64,000 nucleotides of DNA from the human T2T-CHM13v2.0 reference genome, Homo sapiens. Shown here one piece after another: positions 1-26,355 of the stretch. The stretch is from assembly GCF_009914755.1 (NCBI RefSeq), contig NC_060939.1; one strand, given 5' to 3'. Position numbers and translations under genes: made by a program. Each line of letters starts with the position of its first letter. Within the stretch, counting starts at the first letter, position 1. A model generated the notes under the pieces. It saw nothing but the letters and a program-made list of their open reading frames with translations, ran no database searches and was not told where the DNA came from.

Positions 1-1145
<1,145 letters not shown>

Positions 1146-1827
1146 TAGTGGGAGTTTCAAATGGTGACTATCTTTCTAGAAGGCAAGTTGACAATAACTA
1201 TCAAGCTGAATTAAATAATTAAAATTTAAAAACAAGAGGCTTTGGTGTTAGGCCTGGCTTTGTATGCTGGTACTACAAACTGAATAATCCTGGGCAAGCT
1301 GCTTTGACCTATTTGGGCCTGTTTCCTTACCTATAAGTACTATTATTATTATTCCCATTACATAAACAAGGAAACATCTATGGTTTAAATCAGAAAGGGG
1401 TCATTTCTTACAGCTAAAACAAGTACTATATTTAAACTTATTATAAAAACAACATTACACAATTCATTGGAATATAGAGAAGAAAGGCATCCTTGATTCC
1501 AAAGCCCTAGAAAAGCAAGGACTTTTTTTTAATGTCCTCCCATTTTCCCCCATGTAAATAGTATCACCTCCAGCTAGAAAGAATTCAGGCTAAATGCTTA
1601 CTTGTTTCTGCCCATCAAGACACCAGAATCCTGATGCCAGCCCAGTGGTCAAACTAAGAAGTTTTCCTGTTACCTTCATTTAGTATGTTGTTTTCCTTTT
1701 CATTTTAGCTGTTTTTGCTGCCTATTTATTTATTTATTTAATTGTGTCACTTTTATTTGTTGTATTTGCTTTGTTTTTAATACCAAAAGTAACTTGTTGG
1801 TAGTAACAGTGTCAAAAGACACATTCA

Positions 1828-2140
<313 letters not shown>

Positions 2141-2149
2141 TTTTTAAAA

Positions 2150-5620
<3,471 letters not shown>

Positions 5621-5681
5621 GGGAGAGAGAGCTTTAGGTAAGAGGATCCTCTCCACCATCCATGGTGGGGATAGGATGATT

Positions 5682-6369
<688 letters not shown>

Positions 6370-6571
6370 TAGCTTTGGTTTACTTTTGTCTTATTCATTT
6401 CTAATTATATCCTTCATAGTTAGTTTATATTTTTTGGCTGTCATTGTGACTAGAATATCTTTTTTAAAATTATGTGTCATTTCTTGTAAGCATTCAATAC
6501 AAGAATGCTACTGAATAGTATTTTTGTCTTCTGTATGACTTTATTCTACTAGGATTTTTGCGGGGGAGCGG

Positions 6572-6770
6572 TGTCCTAGTCCATTTTGTGTTGCTATAAC
6601 TGAATACCATAGACTGGGTGACTTATAAAGAATGGAGATTTATTTAGCTCATTGTTCTGGAGGCTGGGAAGTCCTAGAGCATGGTACCAGCATCTTGTAA
6701 GGGCCTTCCTGCTGTGTTGTGACATGATGGGAGGCATCACACGGTAAGACAGAGCAACTGTGCTAGCTCT
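6572..6770. mobile_element. MaLR LTR fragment (MLT1A/MST-like)
   Basis: tagtccattttgtgttgctataac...ttctggaggctgggaagtcc motif. Confidence 0.75.
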
Positions 6771-7264
6771 GTGTAACTATACAATTACATGTCTACAAAT
6801 AATTTTTTGTTCAAATCTTCTTTTCTAATATTGATAACACTCCATACCCACTGGCCTAAACTAATAATGTCAATAATGGGCATTTTTGTTGTATGTGTGT
6901 GTATATTCTGTTCTGTAACCCTTTTATAGCTCAATACATGAGGATGTTTTCTACTATAAGTATTAGTTTCTAGTATCAATTTTATTGGCCTTGTACTATT
7001 CCACAGGATGTGTGTCACTATATCACCTAGAGAGGGGGGAGTATCCCCTCTTTGTCATTTACTCAGGGGGCCACAGGAGACTATTGGGGATGGTGTCTTC
7101 CACTGTTGAAGGAGAGTTGGACTTGGAGTGAGGTATCTTTTCTGGTCCCAGCTGGCTCTTTCATTCATTCATTTTTCTACACAAATAGTTATCAGGTACT
7201 AGGTACCTAGGTACTGGGGGTGGGGACGTGGTGGGAGTAGAAAGTCCAATAAGACATCGTTCCT

Positions 7265-7535
7265 ATTAGCTAAGTATCCTTGGGTAAGTCATTTAAGTTT
7301 TCTGAACTTCAGTGTTTCTGTTTGTAAGATGAAGATACTAATAAGAACACCATCCCTATATACTTCCTAGGTTGATGTGTGGATTAAATGAGATGTCAGA
7401 GAATCTTAAGGTATTGTTGCTAGGAGGGACCATGGCAAACATCACTTGCCAGATGAAGAGTAGCAGAGAAGGGAAATGACTTGCCCGAGGTCACATAGTG
7501 AGTTCCTGACATAGCAGGTCTCACCCTTGGGTCTT
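7265..7535. mobile_element. MIR fragments
   Basis: ccttgggtaagtcatttaa...ctgaacttcagtgtt and aatgacttgcccgaggtcaca core motifs. Confidence 0.65.
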
Positions 7536-7726
7536 CAGACCCTCACCCATCTAGAGGATCAGTTTGGGGCTCCAGGAATTCAAGCTTTGGGACCATAATT
7601 GCCTAAGGCCACCCATGTCATCCAAGAAGCTAAAAGGGCCAAACCCAGAAGCACTATACTCTTCCCTCCTCCTGTCCCCAGCACCAGCCTGCAGCTGGGC
7701 AGTCCTGGGAGGGACTGGTCGATTGA

Positions 7727-7942
<216 letters not shown>

Positions 7943-8763
7943 TGAGGAATCACTTTTTTTTTTTTTTTTTAGCTTTTAGAAAGTAATCTAAATAGTTGCT
8001 GAAGGGAATATCATTTTGTTCATCATTCCCCTCTTTTGACATTTGGGTGTTCCCAAGTTTTGGCCACGGTCTATAACATTACAGTGAACATCTTTTTACA
8101 TTCAACCTTTTCCTTTCATTGCTTTTTTTCCTTAGGGAACATTCCCAGGGCAGGGGTGACTGAGGCAGTCTTGTGTAACAAGAGGCCTCTGAGTCCTGAA
8201 GCTGTGATCAGTAAAGCCCTTTTAAATCCTGTCCCCACAATCTACCCACCAACCATATAATTCTCAGTACCAGCAAGGGCATGGCTCACAGAGCCACTGG
8301 GAGCTGAAAGCAATTTGGCAGAATATGTCATATACCTTTAAATGATATGTGTGAGCACTGCTGGGAACTCAGCCTTGAGAAACATATTAAAAGCTCATGC
8401 ACAGAGATATTTACTGCAGTATTATTTATCAGTCTTCAATTTGAAAATGGCCTAAATATTTAATAATAGGGAAGTGGTTAGGTAAATTATGGCACAGACA
8501 AAAATAGGCTAGTATGGAGTTATCAAAAATGGCGTTTATCAGAGTTTATAGTACACAAAAAGTGTCATGTTGGGGTAAAAAAAATAAGATGTAAAATGTA
8601 CATATAAGATGATCTCATGTATGTAAAACCAACAAACTGAAAACATTCTGCATTAAAGAAAAGACTAGAAGAAATATACTAGGATCATTGTGGGGGCTGA
8701 CTTAGGGTAGTGGGCCACCCCTACATGCTTTTCACTTACCTATTCCCTTGGCTTCTCCCCTAG

Positions 8764-9096
<333 letters not shown>

Positions 9097-9926
9097 TGAA
9101 ATGATTGCTTTCTCCTTTATGGCCCCCATCAGACTGTGACCTCCTGAGTCACCTGGTAGGGTTGGGAAGTAGACGAATACCACAGTACTGCCCAACAACC
9201 CCCATATGTGGGACAGGGTTTGGGGAAGCTTCCCAGCTCATTAGCACAGCTACGTCCACAGGTGCTAGTGGTCTCAGAAGAGCCAAAGACTTGGTATGAG
9301 GCTGGGAGGTCACAGGTGTTTGAGGGGAGGGGCACCTGCACATGTGACTCAGCGAGGCCAGCCTAGTATGGTGTGGGGTAGAGCTGGGGGGCAGGATCAG
9401 ATCCTGAAGCTGGACCTGGGAGGGGGCCCCTTCTTTGAGCTAGGCCCCATGGCAGCTGGCCAGATGTGAAGGGGAGCTTCCCATCTCACTGCAGGTCTGT
9501 GGAGGTAACTGTCTGGGAGGCCTGGAGAAAAGGAGGCCTGACCAGAGGTGGGCAAAAGGCAAAAGTGACATGATAAACCCAAGCCCCCATCTCTGGGCTC
9601 TGATTTCTTCATCTGAAAAGTGGGTGGGAACCCCTATTTCACAGGAGATGTTGAAGAGTTAATGAGGGCTGAGTTTCATAAGCTCTAGAGCTTCCTAATT
9701 TCTAAAGAAACACAAGAGGTGGTCATTGGAATTATGTATTGCTATTGCTTTATTCTATTTGTGACTTTTCCATATCCCCTTCATGCCCAGAAAACCAGAA
9801 AACCTTTCTGCTCTCAGCGTAGACTGCTGGAAAGCACTTCCTGTGGGCAGGAGGGTTTGTCCTCAGTGCTAGAAACCCTTGTGTACCCCTCCTGTAGAAA
9901 CTCTGGCTTCTCTTCTTGCCTCTTAA

Positions 9927-10046
<120 letters not shown>

Positions 10047-10591
10047 TGATCTTTCCTCATTGGAAAGGGAGTGATTTTGGCTCCAGATGGAGCTGGCTTT
10101 GAACCCTAGGCCTGACCAATTCTGGGTCCCTCAGTCTCCAAGCAGGTGATAATCACCACCTTGTATGTTACCACAGTTGTTTGTGAGGATCTGGTGAAGG
10201 GCAAGTGTCCAAACAGGCTGAAACAAGGCAGACTGAGGTCCATGCCAGCGTGGAGATACTGCTGGACACTGCTGTAGCTTCCAGCTGATGAATGCATGCG
10301 TGCATGAATGCATACAGACATGTGAAAAAGAGAGGGCAGGTGGTTCCATCTTATGCCATCTCCAGGTGATTGAACTGCTGCTTGGGATGCTATGCTCAGG
10401 CAACTTTCTGAGCCAGAAGTAAGTGTGTTGCAATTCATTAGTAGTGTCTCCTGTGGACTTGGGACAGAAGAGTGGCAGAATATTTGCTATTCCAGTTAGC
10501 AAATGGAGGTAGGGAGTTTTTTGGTGTCCTTGGGGCTTGTTTTTATATACAGAAGATAATTTTGCATTTACTTCAGTTTTCAAAGTTAATA

Positions 10592-11285
<694 letters not shown>

Positions 11286-11844
11286 TGTTGAATCTGCTAA
11301 GTTACAAATTTAAAAACCTAGTTTTTCTTAAACTTTAAAATTCATTTTATAAATCTTATTATTCTATTTATACAACTAGTAAATTTTTCCTGTCAGTTTC
11401 AAGGAAGTCTTTTGAGTAATGTTGGGTCCCATGTTTAAACTTAGTTAAACTAACTTAAACATTGAAACTGAATAAATAAACTTAATATAACAGATTTTCT
11501 TTTTAAGCACTTCAAATGCTTCTTAAATTCTTAAATTATCCTAATAAGACCATTAACTTAAACCTATAAATAATCTCAAATATCTTAAACATTCCAATGT
11601 GGTTTACAAACTTAGTAAACTTCTTATCCCTTTCAAATAAAAATCACTGTTTCAGAATCAATTGGTAGATAAATTTCAGTAGGAATCATAAGATGTTCTC
11701 CCACTGATATGCTAGATTCCCTTAAACATGACAACCCCTTTACATACAACAGATTATTCCTAAATATAATCCCAAAATGTTAATACTGAGGGTTGGACTA
11801 GCCGATTCATCTCTGTGCTGAGTACTAAGCCACTTCAGGCTTTA

Positions 11845-12010
11845 CAGGTCCTCACCACTAAGGCAGTGGCTGCATGTCAGAATCACAAATCTCCCCTGGA
11901 CCCCTAGGCCAATTCAGGTAGAATCTCTGAGGTAGGGGCCAGACATCAGTGGTTCTTAAAGTTCCCAGATGGTCTCAATGTGCAGATGGGGCTGAAAACA
12001 CTGCCCCAGG
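11845..12010. mobile_element. MER5-like hAT-Charlie fragment (similar pieces at ~14545-14680, ~35160-35360 and ~63770-63910)
   Basis: agaatctctgaggtaggggcc...aagttcccagatg motif. Confidence 0.6.
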
Positions 12011-12669
12011 GGACCAGTTTTTAATACCCCAGGTGAGAACCAAGCTTCACCTCACAGTGATTGCCAGAGACTGTTGACCATGACATAAGCTTTGGAACTG
12101 CAGACACCAGGATGATTTTTTTCACCCTGAACTTAACAACCAGAACTCTGCATCCATTCCCTTTAGAGGGCCTTAGGCTTCTGTGGGCATCATTTATGCT
12201 ATGACAGAATTCTTTAGTAACCTCTAATTTCATTGCCTGCTTTGCTAGAAAGGATTTTGTAATCCCACCCTTTACTACCCCTTGTGATTCAGCAAATCCG
12301 ATTCTTGCCCTGCCTGGTTTTGGCCAAAGCTTCGGAGTACTTCTGCTGACACCCATGCTATAAGAACACAGGAAAGAGAGGCAGGTGACCGGAGGAATCT
12401 GGAAAGGCTCCCTGGAAGTAGCACATGGGTAGTCTTTTGACTATGACAATGAGGTTGAGGGGCAGGAAGGTGAGCAGAGGAATTCCGGGTGGAAGAACAG
12501 TGGGAGCAACTTGGGTTCCAGAGGTCAAGGCAAGGCATGGAGTGAGAAACCAGAAGAGAGGACATTAAGCCCCTGGCCCTTGCTGACTCCAGCTCCCAGG
12601 CACCCCAGCAGAGGTGGTAGGAGGGTCATAGGGGCCTCGGCTCGGCACTGCCCCTGTCTGGGATCATGA

Positions 12670-12951
<282 letters not shown>

Positions 12952-13189
12952 TGAAATGTGTTCAGTTTTCTGTGCTTCTGGTGAAAGGGCCTGTGCAACC
13001 CACAGCCTGGTCCCACACTGTCCAACACACCTGGTGCTCTGTCCCTCCTCCAGGCCTCTGCACAGGGTGCACACTCTGCCTCTCCCCATTGATTGTGAAT
13101 TTCACATTCTTCACCAATCAGCCCAAACTGATACCCACTGTTTATACCTAAACTAAAACCATTCTTGGTAAAAAGAAGAGGGCCTGCTG

Positions 13190-14310
13190 TTGTCACTATT
13201 ATTCAACATCTATATGGAAATTTTGGCCCTGGTACTAAGGTGTGAAAAGGAAATAGAAATAAGGAGTGTAAATATTGTAAAGGAAGAGAGAGACTTATTG
13301 ATTTCAGATGGAATACTTAATATACATAGGACGTCCAGAGGAATCAACTAAAAAAAATCTTAGAATTAATCAAATAATTCAAGGAAATGGCTAAATATAG
13401 AAAATATACTAACACCACAGAACTCCTATGAACCATGGCTAAATGGGCAAAAAATATAGAGAGAGAATCTTTTAAAAGAGATTCCATTTACAATGGTGTG
13501 TGTGTTTCATCTGGAAAACCTAAAAGACAAATACAGATGACACATATGAATAAAACAATAATGGTTCAACTATAAAAGACTTGTGTAAATGGAATGACAT
13601 TCTGTATTTGTGGCAAGAAAAAGTATCATATAAATATCAGTTTTTCTCCAATTAGATTAAAACTTTGATCTAATTTTAATCAAAATAGGTTTTTGAAACT
13701 TGACTGAAGTATTCTACAATTTGTCTGGAAGAATAAACAGGGATATAAAAGTGAACATTCTGGGGGAAAACAATAAAGGGGATCTAACCCAAGCAGACTC
13801 AGCCTTTTATAAAGCCAAAATAAAATTAACATAAAGAGATATCTGGATCAGGCATAGTGGCTCCCACCTGTAATCTCAGCACTTTGGGAGGCCAAGGTGG
13901 GCAGATCACCTGAGGTTAGGAGTTTGAGACCAGCCTGGCCAACATGGTGAATCCCCCGTCTCTACTAAAAATACAAAAATTAGCCGGGCATGATGGTCGG
14001 GTCCTGTAATCCCAGCTGCTCGACAGGCTGAGGTTTAAGAATCGCTTGAACCCGGGACACAGAGTTTGCAGTGAGCCGAGATCCCACCACTACACTCCAG
14101 CCTGGGGGACAGAGTGAGACTCTGTCTCCCAAAGGAAAAAAAAAAGATTCCTGACACAAAAATATGCAAATTGACATTTGCATATCAATTTGGGATAGAG
14201 CAGAGTTCAAAAGTAAACGCTGCTACGGATAAGAACTTTCATATATGATAAAGAAGCACTTGTACATTACAGTGGCGGGGGCAGAGATAGTTAATAAATG
14301 GTGTTGAGAC
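13190..14310 (+). mobile_element. Old L1 ORF2 fragment with an Alu at 13846-14146 (+)
   Basis: ctattattcaacat..., ggaaatagaaat and aataaatggtgttgagac L1 motifs; Alu consensus. Confidence 0.7.
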
Positions 14311-14992
14311 TGCTGGGTCAAGCGGAAGTGCCACCACACCAAGGGCAGTACCGTGAGGACATGCCTGCTGAGGGCCCCAAGAGGGGCACGGAAGGTCAGA
14401 GGGGCGAATGGAGTGACCTGGACCTGATGGGCGTGGCCCAGCATCTGTCTGTTTCCACAGCACTGGAGAGCCAGCTGAATCACAGCCAGCTGAATAACAT
14501 GTTAACCCCATGCCGTGTGGGCAATTATTTTCCAAACATGGTTGTATGTTGGAACCACCTGGGAAATTTTGAAACCGTTAAATGCCTAGGCTGCACCCAG
14601 TCCCAGGTACATGAGAATCTCTGGGGGTGACATGGGCCCTAGGTGTTTCCAAGGAGCAGCTGAGTCTGAGAACCACTGGTGCAGGGGAAAGCATGGCCAG
14701 CTCCATCTCTGACTAAGCTGTATTCTCATCTGTAAATTAGGACCACTATCATGCAAGACACAGATTATTTTGAGCAGCCAGAGAGGTGAAGTATACAATT
14801 TGTGCATCATGGTACCACAACGATGAAAGTCAATTCTTTCTCCATTCAGAGTGACACCAACAGAGTGCATAGTGGGTGTTCAGGAGAAGGCCTGGGGCTG
14901 GGGAGGTTCTAGAGACCAAGACACAAACCCTTCCCACCCCATCTGAGAGGCTGCTCCTCCACTCCCCTTACCTATCTCCAGGCTGAGCTTGA

Positions 14993-15406
<414 letters not shown>

Positions 15407-16252
15407 TAGCCCTGCCCTCTTTTCCCTTGGGCAAACTACAGTGCCTCCTGGCCCTGGTTTCCCCATCTGTGCAATGAGGGTGTTGGCCCAAACTGAACCC
15501 TGTGACCTTCACAGCCCCGGAGCCAGTGATGCTGTCCATAATCTCTTCCTTACCAGCCCTCTATACCTTGACATTTTTTTTCCATTTTGGAATAAGCCTG
15601 GAACCACCTCCAGACTTTTTTCACAAACATTAAGACATAGGAGCCAAAACTGACTTAATATGAGTTGAACCAGTCAAATCTGGTCAAATAAACCTTCTGA
15701 GGTCATCACAACTTATTTGAGTATGCCAATCTCAAAAGCCTGATATGGGATTCAGTGTTCTGTGGAATCATCAGACAAGCAGGATAGAAGGTTCTAGTAC
15801 TAATCCCTCATTAAAAACAAAATCAGCTCATGATGAAAAAGCCTTAAACGCTGTGATACCCACTGACGTGGTACATAATGGGGCAACCACAGAATGGGGC
15901 ACTAGGCAGCCACTGATAGTTGTGAAGTCTCCATTAGATATGAGGCAACAAAGAAAACCACTCCTGACATATTTCTAGTATATTGCTGAGGGAAATGTTT
16001 CTAGCATATTATTGAGGGAAAAGAAAGGACCGCCCCCCCCCCCCCGCCCATAGCTGCTATAGGCAAGGTGGAAAAGCTAAGACTCATTTCAGGGTAGAGA
16101 GATTAGGGACGCTACCTTTCTTTCCCCAAAATGTTCTTAAATATAGTTGTTACATCTTTTAACACAAACTGTGGCATGCAATTAAAACATAAAACCAGTC
16201 CTGTGAGGCAGAGCTTAGGCAACAGAGGAAGTAAGATTCTTGTTTTTAACAG

Positions 16253-16314
16253 AAAATATCAGGAAGAAAGCAAACGCAGCCCCGAGTGCCCCCAGGAGGT
16301 GCACAGCCATGTAA
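16253..16314 (+). CDS. ANKDD1A: ANKDD1A alternative terminal coding exon (ENIRKKANAAPSAPRRCTAM*), ending in a CaaX box
   Basis: Acceptor ttcttgtttttaacag|AA; a phase-1 join to 15275 gives GRRDLAENIRKK (helix-like); TAA at 16312-16314; non-repetitive sequence. Confidence 0.8.
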
Positions 16315-16559
16315 CCGGAGGGGCCAGACCTTCAGGCACGTGGGACCTCAGCGTGTGGAGCCACCTGAACAGAAGATGACCATCATTTAAGGGCTTTTTA
16401 AAAAATCACTGTTAACAGACCTCCAGGTGATTCTACTGAAATGCACAGTCATGCAGAGCCCAGGAGGCAAATGTTTGTACACTGATCTTTTTCATGAGGA
16501 TGGGTCCAAGGGCCTGTAATCCCGTCCAACAGGTATGGTCCTTTTGAGCTCTTGGCACA

Positions 16560-20715
<4,156 letters not shown>

Positions 20716-20741
20716 TCCCCAGGGATGGGGTGTTCCATCTT

Positions 20742-20890
20742 CTGCCCTGTCCGGCAGAGTAGCTGCTTGCCACCTGAGGCTGTCATGCACCTGAAATGTT
20801 GGCTAGAGGGACTGAGAAGCTGAAATTTCTTATTTCTCATTATTTGAAATTGCAGGCACCCATGGCAAGTGGCATCCATGGTGCTTGGCT
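20742..20890. mobile_element. MER3/MER33-like DNA transposon remnant
   Basis: ctgtcc...gtagc...gccac...tgaaatgttggctag...gactgagaagctgaa pattern. Confidence 0.6.
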
Positions 20891-21652
20891 TTGAGGTGCC
20901 AGGCAAGCACAGCTTGTTCTGGGGCTTGGCTGTACCAGCAGGGGGATGTGTTTCTGGGGAATTGTGGCTCTGGAAGCTTCACGGTTTCCCAGAATGTGGA
21001 AAATATATCTGTGCAGGATAGAAATCCTGCCCAGAGGCTGTTTCTGTCTCATTTGAGCTCTCCTTCATGTGGCAGAGCTGGCTGTGGCGTTTAGGAGCCT
21101 ACATTTTAGAAAAGCTTACCTCAAAGTTCTGCATTGAGCCTGAGACTGGAAAGGAGATAAAATAAAACAGCTGACAGGAGCTTTGGTAGTCACACATGCC
21201 TGATGGGGTGCACAGGGCCACAGTCTCTGAAAGGCAATTTGGCATTGTCTGTCCACAATATACTTTTATCCATTGGTCCAGCAATCCTACTCTAGGAATT
21301 TTTCCTACATATAAACCTGTATGCATACAAAATGATAGACATACAAGGTTATTACTCTGAAAAAGCAAAAGATTGGAAACAAACCAAGTGACTGGCTACA
21401 GGGGACTGGTGAAATAGAGTATGTTCCATCCACACAGTGGAATTCTGTTCAGCAGTGAAAAAAGGATGAGAGTGCTTTCCAAGTGTTGTTATGGAAAGAG
21501 CTCCAGGATAAATTAAGTGGAAAAAAACCCCAAGATACAGGTACATTAAACCGAAGGAAATTGGTTCAGAGGATAGCTGCACCATTTTTAGAGAAAAAGC
21601 TTCCTTTCTCTCTTCACCTTTTGCAGGTGATGTATTTTTTTCTTTGGATTCC

Positions 21653-22272
<620 letters not shown>

Positions 22273-22428
22273 ATCTTTGGATTCTTAAAACTTAAGAAAA
22301 ATTCTAAAACATATTTGTGATCTATTACGTTATGATATATGATAGGGAAAAAATAGACAACTTTACCTACCACTAAGTTATATTTAATCAGCATTCTTTT
22401 GTTTCCTAACATATATGTTGCGAGCTAA

Positions 22429-22784
<356 letters not shown>

Positions 22785-23499
22785 TAAATGCTATGGCTTA
22801 TCACAGTTACAATGTGTTTTCTGAAAGTAAAGATTATTTTACCTTGAAATTACAAAAATTATTTTCAGTTTTCCAAAATTCTATCTTTAAACCTAAATAA
22901 TTCAATTTCATGGATGCACAAATGTTTATTGAGAGTCTCATATTCATGCTTTTCTTCACAGCACTATAAAGTTGGACTTGGAAAATTTGGACAGCCATTT
23001 GCCATTGTAATTTTTATTCTTTTTTCTCCTGATTATTTGACAAAACTTGTATCCACATTGTAGCTGTTCATGTGTCTGCTTCTATTGCATATTGTAAAAT
23101 TATTAACTACTTCCCAAAATAGTATTTCTCTCAGCAGATATTTCTTTGGTACTACCATGTATTGTGTAACTTTTGGGAAAGTAAGGTGGCTTCCCTGCTC
23201 TCAGTGAAGCATTTTATTAAAAGAATAATTATAATTAAAAAAACACGATACAGATCAGTGCATATAGTATATTACTAATAGTATGCTGTTAATTGTGTAA
23301 GAAAGAAAGGAAATTAGAAAACATATTTGCATAAATAAAAGCTAGACAAAGGCTAAGAAACTAATCAGGTGGTTTCCCTGGGGTAGTAGGATAATGGGGA
23401 ACAGTGGGGCTGGGACCGGGTGGGAGAAAGAGTTCTCAGTGGTTCCTTTCTATACAGTTTTAACTTTTGAAATGTGTGAGAGTGTTACTTACTGAAAAC

Positions 23500-23925
23500 T
23501 GAAAGGATATGACATGCTGGAACAGGCAAAACTACAAAGACAGTAAAAAGATCAGTGATTTCCAGGAGCTGCAAGGGCAGTGAGAGGAAGGGAGGGATGA
23601 GGAGGTGGAGTGCAGGGGATGTTAGGGCAGTGAAAGGTTCTGTATGACACTGTGATGGTGGGTACATGACATTGGGCATTGGTCAAAACCCATAGCATGT
23701 ACAGCACAAAGCGTTTGCTCTAATGTGAGCTATGGACTTTAGTTAATAGTAACGTGTCAATATTGGTTCATCAGTTGTATCAAATGTACCACACTGATGC
23801 CAGATGTTAATAATCGGGGAAACTGTGTGTGCTGAAGAGTACGTGGGAGCTCTCTGTGCTATCTGCTCAATTTTTCTCTAAACCTAAAACTGTTCTAAAA
23901 TAGAAAGTCTGTGAAAAAAAACAAA
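23500..23925 (+). mobile_element. L1M 3'-end fragment
   Basis: ggcaaaactac...tattggttcatcagttgtatcaaatgtaccacac...ctaaaactgttctaaaata motif. Confidence 0.75.
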
Positions 23926-24086
23926 AGTAAAGTTATAAAAGGAAAAGAAAACAGAGGCTTTAAATTAAATCATCTATTCCTTGGGAAAGGTATTTTGTAC
24001 CATATGGGACTGAAATCATTTCTCTGGATGAATTTTATAAAATGAATTTTGTAATTTTTTTCTGAGAAAAAAAAGTTCTTAAATAC

Positions 24087-24092
24087 AATAAA
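24087..24092 (+). terminator. ANKDD1A: Candidate ANKDD1A poly(A) signal AATAAA (others at 22783, 21161 and 15687)
   Basis: Hexamer seen directly, followed by a T-rich tract at ~24132-24143. Confidence 0.6.
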
Positions 24093-24779
24093 ATTGAAAT
24101 GTTGAAATATATCTCTCAAATCCAGTACTCATATCTTTTCTTTGGGAAATACAGGGTGAAATTCCAGGTCAGACAAGCTGTCACAGATTGGTGCTATGTA
24201 AGCACAATGGCTCAACTCACGGACAGTGAATACTTCCTGAGTGGATTTTGTGCCAGGTGGCCTGCCAGGAGTGGGTACAGAGATGAGAGCCCACAGTTCC
24301 CTCCCCTTCCCCAAGCTTAGGGTCTAGTAGGGGAGAAAGGCTTGCACACCAATAACTGTAATAAGGTGCAGTCCACGCTGTAATGGATGGGTGCAAACAA
24401 CTATGGGACTCCTTCCTGGGGGAAGGAAGAAAGGAAGGGGAGGAAGCAGCTCACAGAGGAGACAGAAGTGGGGAAAAGGGCAGTCCAAGCCAAGAGCACA
24501 GCCTAAGCAATAGCCCAGAGGTGTGGAGAGGGACCCCCCACCTTGGGGAGTAGCGTGGCTGGAGCACAGGATGCGTGGAAGGAGGGGGAGCTGTGACCTG
24601 AGGGGCAGGAGGGGGAGGGGTGCAGATGCATTGGAAATTGTTCCCCACCCCATCACCAAAAATTAGATGTCTCATAAAGTAGAAACTGAACAGAATAGAC
24701 TCCGCCTTTGGAAATGCACATCTGCTTGTCCTTTCAGAGTCTACTTTACCTTGCTAATTGTGACTCTCCTTGTTTCTAA

Positions 24780-25124
<345 letters not shown>

Positions 25125-25639
25125 CCTTTTTAAGATATATACTGTACTTAAAACTATTCACATATAGTCTGCAGGTTTATATACTTAAAAAGTGCGAAGT
25201 CTTTCTCCTGTGGATCCCAAGATAACTTCTAGAAGCGGGTACAGGCCCTGGATCACATCATGTATCAAAATGAACCCATAAAACTCCCAGGTTAAGAACT
25301 GAGGTGAAGGAGTCCCTGGCTCTTAGTGGAGGTTGCTCCCCGCATCTCTTCCTGTGTGCAGAGCTTCACTAAATGGTTACAGCCCCACTTCAGAGTTTCT
25401 GAAACTAGTCTGATTTCCACAACAGAGGTCCCTTAGTGTTCGTGCACTGGCAAGTGACAAGATCAGACCTGTGTGTGGACCACACAGAGGATGGGTGGGG
25501 GTGGGAGGAGATGGCTGGTGGAGCCAGTGAGGACTGTAGTAGTCTGGGCAAAAGATGCCAAGGCCTAACTTGTAGTGAGGAAGGCTCAAGTTTGCAGGCA
25601 AGTTGCTAGATCTCTGAGAGTCAGGGGATATAGGTGTAG

Positions 25640-26355
25640 TAGATGTGGAAATGCATTGCCCGGACCCCCTTCTTCCAGGAAGGCCTTTCCATCCAGCTGC
25701 AGGAGTGAGCTGGGCAGATGGCCTCCAGCTGTCAGCCCTTCAGGGTCTGCCTCAGCTGCAGAGTGTTGCCCCACCCAACACCCTGCCCTCCCCAGGGCAG
25801 CTGCCTCTGGGAACTGAGCTACGCGGGAGCATAGAGACCCAGCCATTTTAGTCCTCCATGAAAATATTCCAGTGGGTGCTTCAAGCTCCTGCGTGCCCTA
25901 CTGAGTTGGTGGGTACTTGATCGGGCCTGCATCACAGTTCAATTTCGCTCTCTGCCCAATCCATCTTCCCTTCACAGATGTTGTTTTTTTGTTTTGTTTT
26001 GGAGATTGAGTCTCACTCTGTTGCTCAGGCTGGAGTGCAGTGACACCATCTCAGCTCACCGTAACCTCTGCCACTCTGGTTCAAGTGATTGTCCTGCTTC
26101 AGCCTCCTGAGTAGCTGGGATTACAGGCACGTGCCGCCAGGTCTGGCTAATTTTTTTGTATTTTTAGTAGAGACTGGGTTTCTCCATGTTGGCCTGGCTG
26201 GTCTTGAACTCCTGACCTCAGGTGATCCACTCCCCTTGGCCTCCCAAAGTACTGGGATTACAGGTGTGAGCCACCACACCAGGCCACAGATGTTGATCCT
26301 TAATAAACATCTTGCACCCAAATTTTCATCTCTGCATCCGCTTCAGCCTGAGACA
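25640..26355 (+). mobile_element. LTR16-like (ERVL) solo LTR interrupted by an Alu (25983-26285, -)
   Basis: gatggcctccagctgtcagccc...taataaacatcttgcac...gagaca; the Alu has TSD CACAGATGTTG. Confidence 0.65.

Noticed and set aside
16030-16049. C-rich run (G-quadruplex/i-motif candidate) upstream of the CaaX exon
   Set aside because: A single short homopolymer-like run with no supporting context.
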